From IMG/VR virus record IMGVR_UViG_3300028833_000057, positions 64,001-128,000 of that record: DNA of 64,000 bases; one strand, given 5' to 3'. Source of the stretch: a virus (Duplodnaviria; Caudoviricetes). The first letter of the stretch is position 1. Each line of letters starts with the position of its first letter. A program made the translations under genes and the position numbers. Below the pieces are notes generated by a model. That model searched no databases. It was given only the letters and a program-made list of their open reading frames with translations, and was not told the DNA's origin. This document shows positions 47,177-56,211 of this stretch, one piece after another.

Positions 47177-48838
47177 TTACAAGAATTGTTTCGGGAAATG
47201 TATGAACTGGTTAGAAGTACCAATCAAACCAATTACAGACATTGCACCCTTAATAATTTCTACATCAGTCTGTGCAGAATTTAGAACCGTAGTCTTAGAA
47301 ATATCTTCGATCTTACCAGTTCTTACATTGAGAATGGTGTCATTATCAAGCATTTCTTCAATGTATGCCTTATCCTTTTTAGAGACGGTTGCAAAGACAT
47401 TGATATATGCATCCTTAATCATCTCTACAAGTTCCTTAGTAGGACTGTAAAGCTCAGGATTATCCTTTGCAATGTATTTTGCAATCTTTTCTACGAACTC
47501 AGGTTCACCAAGTAAATATGCAATGAAAATATTACCTGCGGGTACAACCCCATGCAACAGAGCAGATCTTGCAGATAGAGCAGCATCTTCAACCAAGAAA
47601 CTCTTAGAAAGAATTTCAGCCTTAGAATTACCGCCTACTTTAATAACGGCAGTAGTTCCGCAAAGTCTGCCATAACGAACCTTCAAAGCACCAAGCTGAG
47701 AATCATAGTCAAACTTAGTTTCAGAATTACCAAGTTCAGCAATCTTGTTCTGAAGACTTGTCTTAAGTTCATTCATTTCAGGTGTATCTACCCCCTTACC
47801 ATCAAAGAATCTTGTAGTAGAATCCTTAATAACGGCTCTTGCAGCATATCCAAGATAGTCATCCATAATATGCTCATTTTCAAGAGCTTCAAGAGTTACA
47901 CCCTTAGACTTAAACTCTACGATCTTTGCATTTAGATAGACAGATGCATCATAGAAATGATTTCTACCAGCAGTACTACCAACACCATGCTCAACGCAAC
48001 AAATAGGAAGATTACCCTTCCATTTAACTACGTTTTCATGAATAAAGTTACTAAATGCTGGATCATAACCATTGGCGACTATTAGCAACGAACCATGTTT
48101 AACATTCATGACACGTTCCATAATAGAGCCAACTGGCTTAACGTCCATTTCACCAAGGCGTCCTTCATACATCAGGACATAAACTTTTTCAAGTTCACAG
48201 AATTTTTCATCATCCTTGGTACGGTTTACAAACATGGCATCTACATAGCCACGATACATTTCATAACCGTCTTTGAATTCAATTTCAGTTTGAGGACGAT
48301 CACCAAGTTCAACCTGAACAATACCAAACTTAGTAGTTCTCTTATAACAATCCTGAATCAACTTAGAAACTTCTTCATCATTATTTGTAGAGATTCTACA
48401 AACATTCAAAAGATCTTCAGAATCTTCAGTAATTTCCTTAGCAGATGCAGCGACTTCAGCCTGAATCATATCACTGATATGATTTAACATCTGTGACAAG
48501 TCACCTGCATAGATTTCAGGATGCTTTTCTTTATATTCTTTAAGCGTCTTAGCAATCTCATTAGAGACAATAACAGCAGATGTAGAACCATCGCCGACCA
48601 CTCTAACAATACGCATACTAATGCGCTTAACAAATTCAAGGATAACACGTTCAAGATCATCTTCGCTATACAAAGACTTTAGAACGGTATAACCATCTTT
48701 AGTACTTTTATGTTGAAGATTTCTATCTTCAATAATGGTAGTACTACCATGTGGACCAAATGTCTTTTCCAAAATACTTGAAATATCATTAATAATTTCA
48801 AATACGGGAAAGTCTTTGCTTACATTAAAGCTTGACAT
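47177..48838 (-). CDS. groEL: phage GroEL-like chaperonin
   Basis: TFGPHG, TKDGYTV, GDGSTSA, IKVGG, VEDA, GVVPAG motifs; 553 aa. Confidence 0.92.
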   Translation of the reverse strand: MSSFNVSKDFPVFEIINDISSILEKTFGPHGSTTIIEDRNLQHKSTKDGYTVLKSLYSEDDLERVILEFVKRISMRIVRVVGDGSTSAVIVSNEIAKTLKEYKEKHPEIYAGDLSQMLNHISDMIQAEVAASAKEITEDSEDLLNVCRISTNNDEEVSKLIQDCYKRTTKFGIVQVELGDRPQTEIEFKDGYEMYRGYVDAMFVNRTKDDEKFCELEKVYVLMYEGRLGEMDVKPVGSIMERVMNVKHGSLLIVANGYDPAFSNFIHENVVKWKGNLPICCVEHGVGSTAGRNHFYDASVYLNAKIVEFKSKGVTLEALENEHIMDDYLGYAARAVIKDSTTRFFDGKGVDTPEMNELKTSLQNKIAELGNSETKFDYDSQLGALKVRYGRLCGTTAVIKVGGNSKAEILSKSFLVEDAALSARSALLHGVVPAGNIFIAYLLGEPEFVEKIAKYIAKDNPELYSPTKELVEMIKDAYINVFATVSKKDKAYIEEMLDNDTILNVRTGKIEDISKTTVLNSAQTDVEIIKGAMSVIGLIGTSNQFIHFPKQFL

Positions 48839-48859
48839 TATTTTTCCTTGTTGGTGAGA

Positions 48860-49162
48860 TTATTCTTCATGAATTAGGGTTTCTGGTGGAGCTTCAGAAT
48901 TTATATCTCCGGGCATTGTCACATTTGGATCTCTTGATGCTACCGATTTAGCTGCCTTAGCTCTTTCTTCATTCATCTTATGCTTTGCTTCGAGTAAACC
49001 GAATAAGCGATTGACATCCATTGACAATATTTCTGTAAGGGTAATCTTACCTTCAAACGCATCAAGAATATTGAGGATGGCACGATTCTCTTCCTCAAAT
49101 ATTCTTTTGCGTTTTTCAGATAACCTTATTCGTTGTCCTTCTGAAACACCCGGCGTACTCTG
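48860..49162 (-). CDS. 100-codon -1 frameshift extension of the tail/baseplate assembly chaperone
   Basis: Frame QSTPGVSEG...ILNILDAFEGKITLTEILSMDVNRLFGLLEAK...EE* is entered via the T TTT TTC slippery site at 49162-49168. Confidence 0.65.
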   Translation of the reverse strand, partial: QSTPGVSEGQRIRLSEKRKRIFEEENRAILNILDAFEGKITLTEILSMDVNRLFGLLEAKHKMNEERAKAAKSVASRDPNVTMPGDINSEAPPETLIHEE

Positions 49163-50688
49163 AAAAAAAGTAAGTTTTCAAGATTAAGATTAATGGGGCC
49201 AATCTCATTACCACAGGCTTCGCCAGTAATCTTGCCATTTTCATCCTTCATCAAATTATTACATTTAAATTTAGGAATTTCAAAACTTACATCATATTCA
49301 GAATTAATACCTTCAAGAGCTTCATCAAGAGTAGTAACAGAAGTATCAGTCATAAGAGAAGATAAGAATCTTACAATAAGATTTGTATCTTCTACCTTAA
49401 CCATTGCCTTTGTACCATCCTTCTGGTTAGCAGCAATATCAGGAATAAGAATAGACTTAACATATAGCGATCTTTCAATCATGCTATCAAAGTCCTTAAA
49501 TTCCTTTTCCTTACCATTGAAGAATCTAATCATGTTAAGATAGTCTTCAAGGGATGGTTCTCTTATTGTAACAACAGATCGCTTTTCCATGATAGGAATA
49601 ATCTTTTCCTTATACATGGGAGCAAATGCTTTAATCTCATCATGAGTCTTTATATTGTAAAGCACATTGTTAATTTCATCATAAGACTTATTTTCAAATG
49701 TTGCAATAATAGACTCAGGATCTGTATTTACTTTTAGTGTCTCACCACACTTATTACAAGTAACTTCAAATGGCTGACTTGTAGGATAAGATGCTGCGTA
49801 GATACCATAAAGCAATGGTTCAACATCTGCAAGAGCTGTCATCTTAAGCCACTTATCAAAAGTAGGCTTACCACCTGTCATAGATTCAATCTTTTCATAA
49901 ATAATCTTATAAAGACGAATTCTATCAGAATATGGATCTTCAGCAACTGTATTCAAGCGGCTCTTATCAAGGTAGCAAAGACCAAGCATATTAGCCTTAT
50001 AACCACTATGAAGACATACAATAGAATAGTAAGTATTTACAGAAGCGATAACAGGACGAGATGCTGCTACAGCATAGTCATTATCGTTTGTCTTAATCTG
50101 GCAACCACTAAAGTTATTCTTCACCATTTCCATGAATTCATCTTCAGAGAAAACTTCAGCAGGATTACCCTTAGTCCTTGTAGCCTGAACTAGCAAGTTA
50201 TTCTGTTCAACACTTTCCTTATGACGTTCAGAGAAATATTGCTTACTCTTAATTTCATGGACATCATGTGTAAGATGAATATCCTTGGCATCTTCGGTGA
50301 GAATTGTATCAGTATGCTTTTCGCCAAATGTCTTATGAGGCATGCCCATTGTAGGATCATTTGGAATTTCTTCTTCCGCACTTACAGAATTTTCTGCTAC
50401 TTGTTCCTTTTTTTCTTCTTTAATTTCAGTAGCATCATTCTTATTCAGTGTAATATGTATTTCTTTTCCAGTCTTTTTAGATTCCTCAGCTACTTTTTCC
50501 TTAATAAAAGAAGGAATAGCCATTTCGGTAGGTACTGGCTGTTCTAGAAGCTGACTTTCATCTATTTCAGGCATAATAGGCATTTCTATCTGCCCAGATG
50601 GTTCTACTCTTACAGCTTCTACAGTTTCAGTTTCAGGCTTAGTCGTCTTTGTTTTAATTTTTAACCTTGTTCTTGGTGAATTAGCCAT
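49126..50688 (-). CDS. baseplate hub / tail assembly chaperone (T4 gp26-like C-terminal part)
   Basis: 'FEVTCNKCG', 'IREPSLEDY', C-terminal 'KC...CG...LNLENLLFF'. Confidence 0.65.
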   Translation of the reverse strand: MANSPRTRLKIKTKTTKPETETVEAVRVEPSGQIEMPIMPEIDESQLLEQPVPTEMAIPSFIKEKVAEESKKTGKEIHITLNKNDATEIKEEKKEQVAENSVSAEEEIPNDPTMGMPHKTFGEKHTDTILTEDAKDIHLTHDVHEIKSKQYFSERHKESVEQNNLLVQATRTKGNPAEVFSEDEFMEMVKNNFSGCQIKTNDNDYAVAASRPVIASVNTYYSIVCLHSGYKANMLGLCYLDKSRLNTVAEDPYSDRIRLYKIIYEKIESMTGGKPTFDKWLKMTALADVEPLLYGIYAASYPTSQPFEVTCNKCGETLKVNTDPESIIATFENKSYDEINNVLYNIKTHDEIKAFAPMYKEKIIPIMEKRSVVTIREPSLEDYLNMIRFFNGKEKEFKDFDSMIERSLYVKSILIPDIAANQKDGTKAMVKVEDTNLIVRFLSSLMTDTSVTTLDEALEGINSEYDVSFEIPKFKCNNLMKDENGKITGEACGNEIGPINLNLENLLFFRVRRVFQKDNE

Positions 50689-50736
50689 ATTTTTATCCTT
50701 CGTGGAGGTTCATTTTAAAGTTATCATGCTTAAACT

Positions 50737-51138
50737 TTACAAACTCATTACTCTGTCAAGCTTTAAGCCGTCTGATGTACTATTTCCTTTAAATATCATA
50801 GATACTGCAGAATTGTCATTTCCGACAGTAATTGTAAAGTATAATGTCTGTCTAAGCTCATTTTTATCAGTACCCTTTGATATATCAATATCTACGTATG
50901 TATCAGAAGGAAAAAACTGTTTTATATGTGATAGAATTTCTTCTTTAAGTGCAGAGATATTTCCATCACTGGCAAATTCTTGCATGCGTTCTTTAATATC
51001 AAAGAATACATAATCGTTATTAGGCAAACCTGTTTTTCTATTAAGAATCAAATTATTGATTCTAAGAGCTAATGCTCTTTCATCCATTAAAATAGTATTT
51101 TTACCTTTGGTATTAAATGCAAATGTACATTCAGTCAT
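50737..51138 (-). CDS. putative baseplate wedge / sheath initiator (gp25-like)
   Basis: 133 aa; 'INNLILNRKTGLPNN...IKQFFP'; late promoter AACA-TAAGTA-TG at 51177-51188. Confidence 0.5.
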   Translation of the reverse strand: MTECTFAFNTKGKNTILMDERALALRINNLILNRKTGLPNNDYVFFDIKERMQEFASDGNISALKEEILSHIKQFFPSDTYVDIDISKGTDKNELRQTLYFTITVGNDNSAVSMIFKGNSTSDGLKLDRVMSL

Positions 51139-51254
51139 ATTATACCTATAAATTTAAATTAAATTTATATATTTTTCATACTTATGTTAAATTTTATGAA
51201 TAATTATAATATTATATTTTATACATAATATTGAAAGAAATAATGGTAATTACT

Positions 51255-51983
51255 ATGTCAACGAAAATTTTTCCTTGTCCTGTATGTAAGCGTAAATTCG
51301 CTTCTATGGAATCTGCTATAGATCATGTAGATACTGAACACGAATATTGCTGTCCTAAATCTATAACTGTAAAGCAATGGATATTTAATGTAAAAAATAG
51401 ATTAAATCCATTTACTAAATATGGAAAATCTATTTTATCTGGAAAACCTACTAATTGGAATGAAAAGCTTGGTAGATATGAACGTCTAGCAGATGATAAA
51501 GAGCGTGCAGCCTTTAGAAAGCTATTTGTTCAAAGAATGATGAAAACTCATGGAAAAGCTACTTTACTGAATGATCCAGAAGTTCAAAAGAAAATGCTTG
51601 AACATCGTAAGATTTCTGGTAAATATGTCTTTGATGATAAAGTATTTCCATATACGGGATCTTATGAGTTTGATTTCTTAAGATATATGGATGTGGTATT
51701 ATCTTGGGATCCAGGTGATCTATATATGCCATGCCCAATTATTGTAAAATATATAAGTCCGAGGGATGGAAAAGAGCATTTCTATATACCAGATGCATAT
51801 ATCCAATCTTTAAATCTTATTGTAGAGATAAAGAGTCAGGAAAATAAGCATTATAGAAAACGTGACTTAGATATAGAGTTAGCTAAAGATGCTGCTATGA
51901 AAAAGCTTAAAGTTAACTATGTAAAGATTTATGATAAAGACTATGAAGACTTTACATCTATGGTCAATGCCTTAAGGCAGTAA
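51255..51983 (+). CDS. C2H2 zinc finger + TnsA/gp4-like PD-(D/E)xK nuclease (head completion-like)
   Basis: CPVC...H...H finger; 'GSYEFDF' and 'HFYIPDAY...IVEIKS'. Confidence 0.7.
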   Translation: MSTKIFPCPVCKRKFASMESAIDHVDTEHEYCCPKSITVKQWIFNVKNRLNPFTKYGKSILSGKPTNWNEKLGRYERLADDKERAAFRKLFVQRMMKTHGKATLLNDPEVQKKMLEHRKISGKYVFDDKVFPYTGSYEFDFLRYMDVVLSWDPGDLYMPCPIIVKYISPRDGKEHFYIPDAYIQSLNLIVEIKSQENKHYRKRDLDIELAKDAAMKKLKVNYVKIYDKDYEDFTSMVNALRQ

Positions 51984-52036
51984 TTTTTGAGCCTATGCTT
52001 GGCATAGGCTAAAAATTATTCTGAAAACACTCAATT

Positions 52037-52918
52037 ATGACTGACTTAAAAACATTTTTTGACTTCAAGAAAGCTAAATTTGAAGATTTACATAATATTC
52101 TTGATGATGCTAAATTTTGCTGGACGTTACCTACCAGTATTTTTATTGACGTAGATCAACTTATAGCTTCTATGAAAGAAGCAGGTCTTACTACTAAGAA
52201 ATTTGAATTTTCTAGTGTACTTCTAAACCTTGCAAGTTATTATAGATACTTCTTTTGGAAGCATAAGATTCGTACAAATATTACTTTCTTTGCAACCGAA
52301 AGAATAATTTCAGAAGATGAAGCTATAAAATCCGAAATGAATATGCTTACATTAATAGTAAAAAATATTCCAGGAATTTATAGTATTGTATCTAAAATGC
52401 CTGCTAAACTTGTACCATTTGCATTATATTCTAAAGATAAATTTGAGAATACTATAGTTGCATCTTATGGAAATTTTTCATATCTTTATCCATTCTTTAT
52501 GAATGCAGCGCCATCTTACACTTTACATTTATCAGGTAAGTATTCATCTGTAATTAATTCTATTACCAAAGAATGGCAATATGATCCAATTACAGTTCTA
52601 GCCCTAGCTGGTGATCCATCGAAGGGTATTCCAAATATTAGAAAATTTGGAATGGTACGTGCAGAGAAATTCTGTTTAAAAAATAAAGATTCTAATATAG
52701 AAGATCTTTTAAAGGATAATGACTTGCTACAATTCAAATATAATAAATCATATTATGATGTACCAAGTCTTATTGAGCGTTATAAAGATGAATTCTTTAC
52801 ATTAGAAACAAACCCGAATTTAGTAGATTATTACAACAAAGAAGAAGTAAAAGCTATACAAAGAGAATACTATTCAGTATACTCATTTCATATCCCACAT
52901 TTATTTTTAGGTGAATAA
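52037..52918 (+). CDS. RNase H / 5'-3' exonuclease-like (H3TH) protein, possibly degenerate
   Basis: 'LAGDPSKGIPNIRKFGMVRAEKF' helix-3-turn-helix. Confidence 0.6.
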   Translation: MTDLKTFFDFKKAKFEDLHNILDDAKFCWTLPTSIFIDVDQLIASMKEAGLTTKKFEFSSVLLNLASYYRYFFWKHKIRTNITFFATERIISEDEAIKSEMNMLTLIVKNIPGIYSIVSKMPAKLVPFALYSKDKFENTIVASYGNFSYLYPFFMNAAPSYTLHLSGKYSSVINSITKEWQYDPITVLALAGDPSKGIPNIRKFGMVRAEKFCLKNKDSNIEDLLKDNDLLQFKYNKSYYDVPSLIERYKDEFFTLETNPNLVDYYNKEEVKAIQREYYSVYSFHIPHLFLGE

Positions 52919-54269
52919 TATGGCCTTAAAATTAAATAGCCTTGAAAATAAAATAACGCAAAATCCATATGAGCGTTTTCCAGCCGTAGATCTAAGCAGT
53001 AAAGCTAAGCTTTATGCTTATAGCGTAAATACTACTATTCAATTAGATAATGTCGATGATAAAGATCCACAGGATATCAGCGATTATGTTATGGGCGTAT
53101 CTATTGAAAAAAATTTTGAAAAGATGTTTTGTCCATTAATAAAGCTGGTTTTAAATATTCCCAGAGGATTAGCTTTCTCTATACAAGATAACTTTAGAGA
53201 TGTTTCCTTATTTTTTACTTTAGAAAGACATGAGGTATCCAGTATAGAACGTGGTACAATATCTTCTCCAGAAGCAGTTTACAAAGGTGCTGAATTATCT
53301 ATAATAAATATAGAAGGCGATGCATTTATTGATGATGATGCAACCACGGGCGATATTGACGTTATGCCTACAAAGAATACAAAAGATGATGTAGTTCTAA
53401 CGCTCTATATGTATGAAAAGTCAGCTCTTGAAGTTAAAAGACCTCTTCTTAATAAAGTATACAATAATGTAACAATAAGTGATGTTTTAAATTACTTAGT
53501 AGCAAATAATTTCAAAAATAGAAAAGTAGTAATAGACGCTCCAGAAAATGAAGAAGAATATGAGCAGATCTTTATACCGCCATTAAGTTTTCCAGATATT
53601 ATTGAATATCTTCAGGCTTTCTATGGCATATATCGTAGTGGTGTTGAAGTATTTATGGATATAGATACACTTTATATAATATCTAAAGATACTGAAGCTA
53701 AAAATGGTGAATTATATAACTCAATGTATATCCGAACGAGAGCTTCAAAGCAGAAAGATGCTGAGTCTGCAGCTAAGGGCACTAGATCTACATTTATAGA
53801 TGAAGATAGTAAAGTTGTAAATATAACACTAGATAATCGTCCTAATATAGAATCTGGTGATGTTCTTTCTAAAGAATTTATAGGCGAGCATCTCTATATC
53901 AATAATGATTCAAAGCTTGATATTGCTGTCGGTGGTGGCGGCATTAATCCATCAGAGCTTGGTGAAGGTAAAGAAAGATTCTTATGGTCTAGATCATCCT
54001 CAGTTTTTGCTACTGATGAAATAGCACTCAGAATCAATCGTAGCACAGAAATATCTAACTTTTTTATAGAAAATACAGATATACGATATTTTAATCCAGT
54101 TACAGTAATACATCTTGGCTATGCATTTAAAACAAATGATGATGTAGAAGCTGAATATAGATTCTCTCTCGTACATTCTTCGTTTACACGTGGAGAAGAT
54201 TCTATTATGGATGATACATATAAGAATATTTTTTATGAAAAAACTTATGCTAGATTTATAAGAGTATAA
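52911..54269 (+). CDS. putative baseplate hub / tail protein
   Basis: 452 aa, beta-rich; 'IDAPENEEEYEQIFIPP...YLQAFYGIY'. Confidence 0.5.
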   Translation: MNNMALKLNSLENKITQNPYERFPAVDLSSKAKLYAYSVNTTIQLDNVDDKDPQDISDYVMGVSIEKNFEKMFCPLIKLVLNIPRGLAFSIQDNFRDVSLFFTLERHEVSSIERGTISSPEAVYKGAELSIINIEGDAFIDDDATTGDIDVMPTKNTKDDVVLTLYMYEKSALEVKRPLLNKVYNNVTISDVLNYLVANNFKNRKVVIDAPENEEEYEQIFIPPLSFPDIIEYLQAFYGIYRSGVEVFMDIDTLYIISKDTEAKNGELYNSMYIRTRASKQKDAESAAKGTRSTFIDEDSKVVNITLDNRPNIESGDVLSKEFIGEHLYINNDSKLDIAVGGGGINPSELGEGKERFLWSRSSSVFATDEIALRINRSTEISNFFIENTDIRYFNPVTVIHLGYAFKTNDDVEAEYRFSLVHSSFTRGEDSIMDDTYKNIFYEKTYARFIRV

Positions 54270-54307
54270 AAATATCCCTTAGGTTTTAACCTAAGGGATT
54301 ATTTATT

Positions 54308-55192
54308 TTAATTATTCTTAAAGGAAATAATAGCGTCATTCAAGCTCTTATAATTATCTATAAATGTATCCTTAATGCATTTAAGATTATAAGACATAGC
54401 AAGAATACGACCTGTAAGACTCTCAATCATAGAAATGACCTTTAAATGCAGATATCTGCAATTTTCGCTCATTTCGAAGAAGTTATTCGGTACTTCAGGT
54501 TTGTTAAATCTTGAAGCTAGAATACGGAGCTTATCAGGAATTGCTTTAACAATATCACAATATTCCTTATATCTAACTCGATCGTTATTCTGCTTAATGA
54601 CAGCATCACCCGCATAAATATAATCGGTAGATAAACTCTTTTCAACTACAGATCTTGGCTTAAATAAGTCATTTGCTTTAACAAGATCCATGAATTCCTT
54701 AACTTTGAGAGCAGCTTCTCTAGTTGCAGGATCATTTCCTATCAAATCATTAGGCTTATTTTCCATAAGTCTGAAGATATCTAGAAGACCAGTAGTAATA
54801 CTCTTACTATCATTCTTCATAGATTCAACAATCTTATCCATAGTCTCAGTATTATATTTGTAATATGGAATTTCTCTTAGTTTTGTATTTTCATTAAATA
54901 TTCCATATGCAGCTAAGGAAGGTAGCTCAGGAAGATCTCTGAATTCGATATCAAGATATCCTGCAGCTTCTTCAAGAGTCTTTGACATATTTGCAAATAC
55001 GGTCTTTGTAATTACACCAGTATCATTCTTCAATTCTTCTTTAAGAGCAGCAATATCAATCTTATCACCTGATTCAAGAGTCTTCTGCCAACGATCTTCC
55101 ATATCATTGAAAGAAGCTTTAACACTTCTGGTATATTCTGAACGATTAGATAAATTTTCTACAAGTTTTCTAAATTTCAAATCTTTTGACAT
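54308..55192 (-). CDS. putative virion protein
   Basis: 294 aa, third gene of a late operon. Confidence 0.55.
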   Translation of the reverse strand: MSKDLKFRKLVENLSNRSEYTRSVKASFNDMEDRWQKTLESGDKIDIAALKEELKNDTGVITKTVFANMSKTLEEAAGYLDIEFRDLPELPSLAAYGIFNENTKLREIPYYKYNTETMDKIVESMKNDSKSITTGLLDIFRLMENKPNDLIGNDPATREAALKVKEFMDLVKANDLFKPRSVVEKSLSTDYIYAGDAVIKQNNDRVRYKEYCDIVKAIPDKLRILASRFNKPEVPNNFFEMSENCRYLHLKVISMIESLTGRILAMSYNLKCIKDTFIDNYKSLNDAIISFKNN

Positions 55193-55201
55193 ATATACAC
55201 C

Positions 55202-56200
55202 TTAGAAGTTAAGTGCGGCAACATTACCACCAACGGCAGTCTTGCTATTTGGCATAGTTTCTTGTTTCTCGGCTATAGATATTTCCCTGCGTAGAGCAGC
55301 CTTATCAGCCTGAACAGCTTTCTGAAGATTATCTTCATCATCTGTCAAATTGACATCGATAGTTTTAGCAATATCTTCTAATTTTTTAGAATATTCTAAC
55401 TGCTCTTTCTGTTGCTTAGGTGAGAGATTACCATTATTATTTGCTACAACTTTAGCAAAATATGCTTCGGACTTCAGCCAATCAGAAATCTTTACTCGCA
55501 TATCTAAAAATAGCATAATAACAAAACGAATGAAGTATACTAGAATTAATACTCCTGCAACCGTAGCCATAATGATTCCAGTTACAAATACCGCAGATTC
55601 ATTAGACAATTCATCCTTTTCACCTGCACTAATAGCAGACTTTATGCTACCATCATTAATTCTAGATGACAGTTCTTTGACGCTCTTGAAATAAGGCTTA
55701 TCAAGAAGACGTGTAGATGCGTTAGCATTCCAAGAAACATCACCTTCAGCAACATTTGTTAATGTAAGAATAGCATAATTAATACCAATAATAAGAATAG
55801 AGACTGCAGATACATAAAAAGCAGCTACAACTTCCTTCTTATGCTTATATGCACTCTGGAAAGTTTCTTTATTTTTAACAAGCCACTTCATTATATTTTC
55901 TAAATCTAGAACTACACCGGCACAGTATCCACCACCTTTACTCATAGATACTAATGCATCTAATGAAATCTTGGCATTTTTATATTCGCCAAGTTTGGTA
56001 ATATCACCTTTAGTCTTGGCGATATCCATACCAAGTCTAGTTCTTCCTTTAGAAATACTTGAAGAGAAATTTTTAATTACAGCATTTACAATTCTTTTAC
56101 TCGTCTGAGTAATAGCACCTTCAGATGCACATTCAAGATCATTCTTATCAAAGAATGTATCATAAAAAATATTATTATTTAAGTACATTTTCTTATTCAT
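55202..56200 (-). CDS. putative internal head protein with hydrophobic helices
   Basis: A-S-E and S-N-E sites, two hydrophobic segments. Confidence 0.55.
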   Translation of the reverse strand: MNKKMYLNNNIFYDTFFDKNDLECASEGAITQTSKRIVNAVIKNFSSSISKGRTRLGMDIAKTKGDITKLGEYKNAKISLDALVSMSKGGGYCAGVVLDLENIMKWLVKNKETFQSAYKHKKEVVAAFYVSAVSILIIGINYAILTLTNVAEGDVSWNANASTRLLDKPYFKSVKELSSRINDGSIKSAISAGEKDELSNESAVFVTGIIMATVAGVLILVYFIRFVIMLFLDMRVKISDWLKSEAYFAKVVANNNGNLSPKQQKEQLEYSKKLEDIAKTIDVNLTDDEDNLQKAVQADKAALRREISIAEKQETMPNSKTAVGGNVAALNF

Positions 56201-56211
56201 ATTATTCCCTA

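Noticed and set aside
51255-51983. TnsA-like nuclease as evidence of a Tn7 element
   Set aside because: No tnsB/tnsC; such nucleases occur in myophage morphogenesis clusters.
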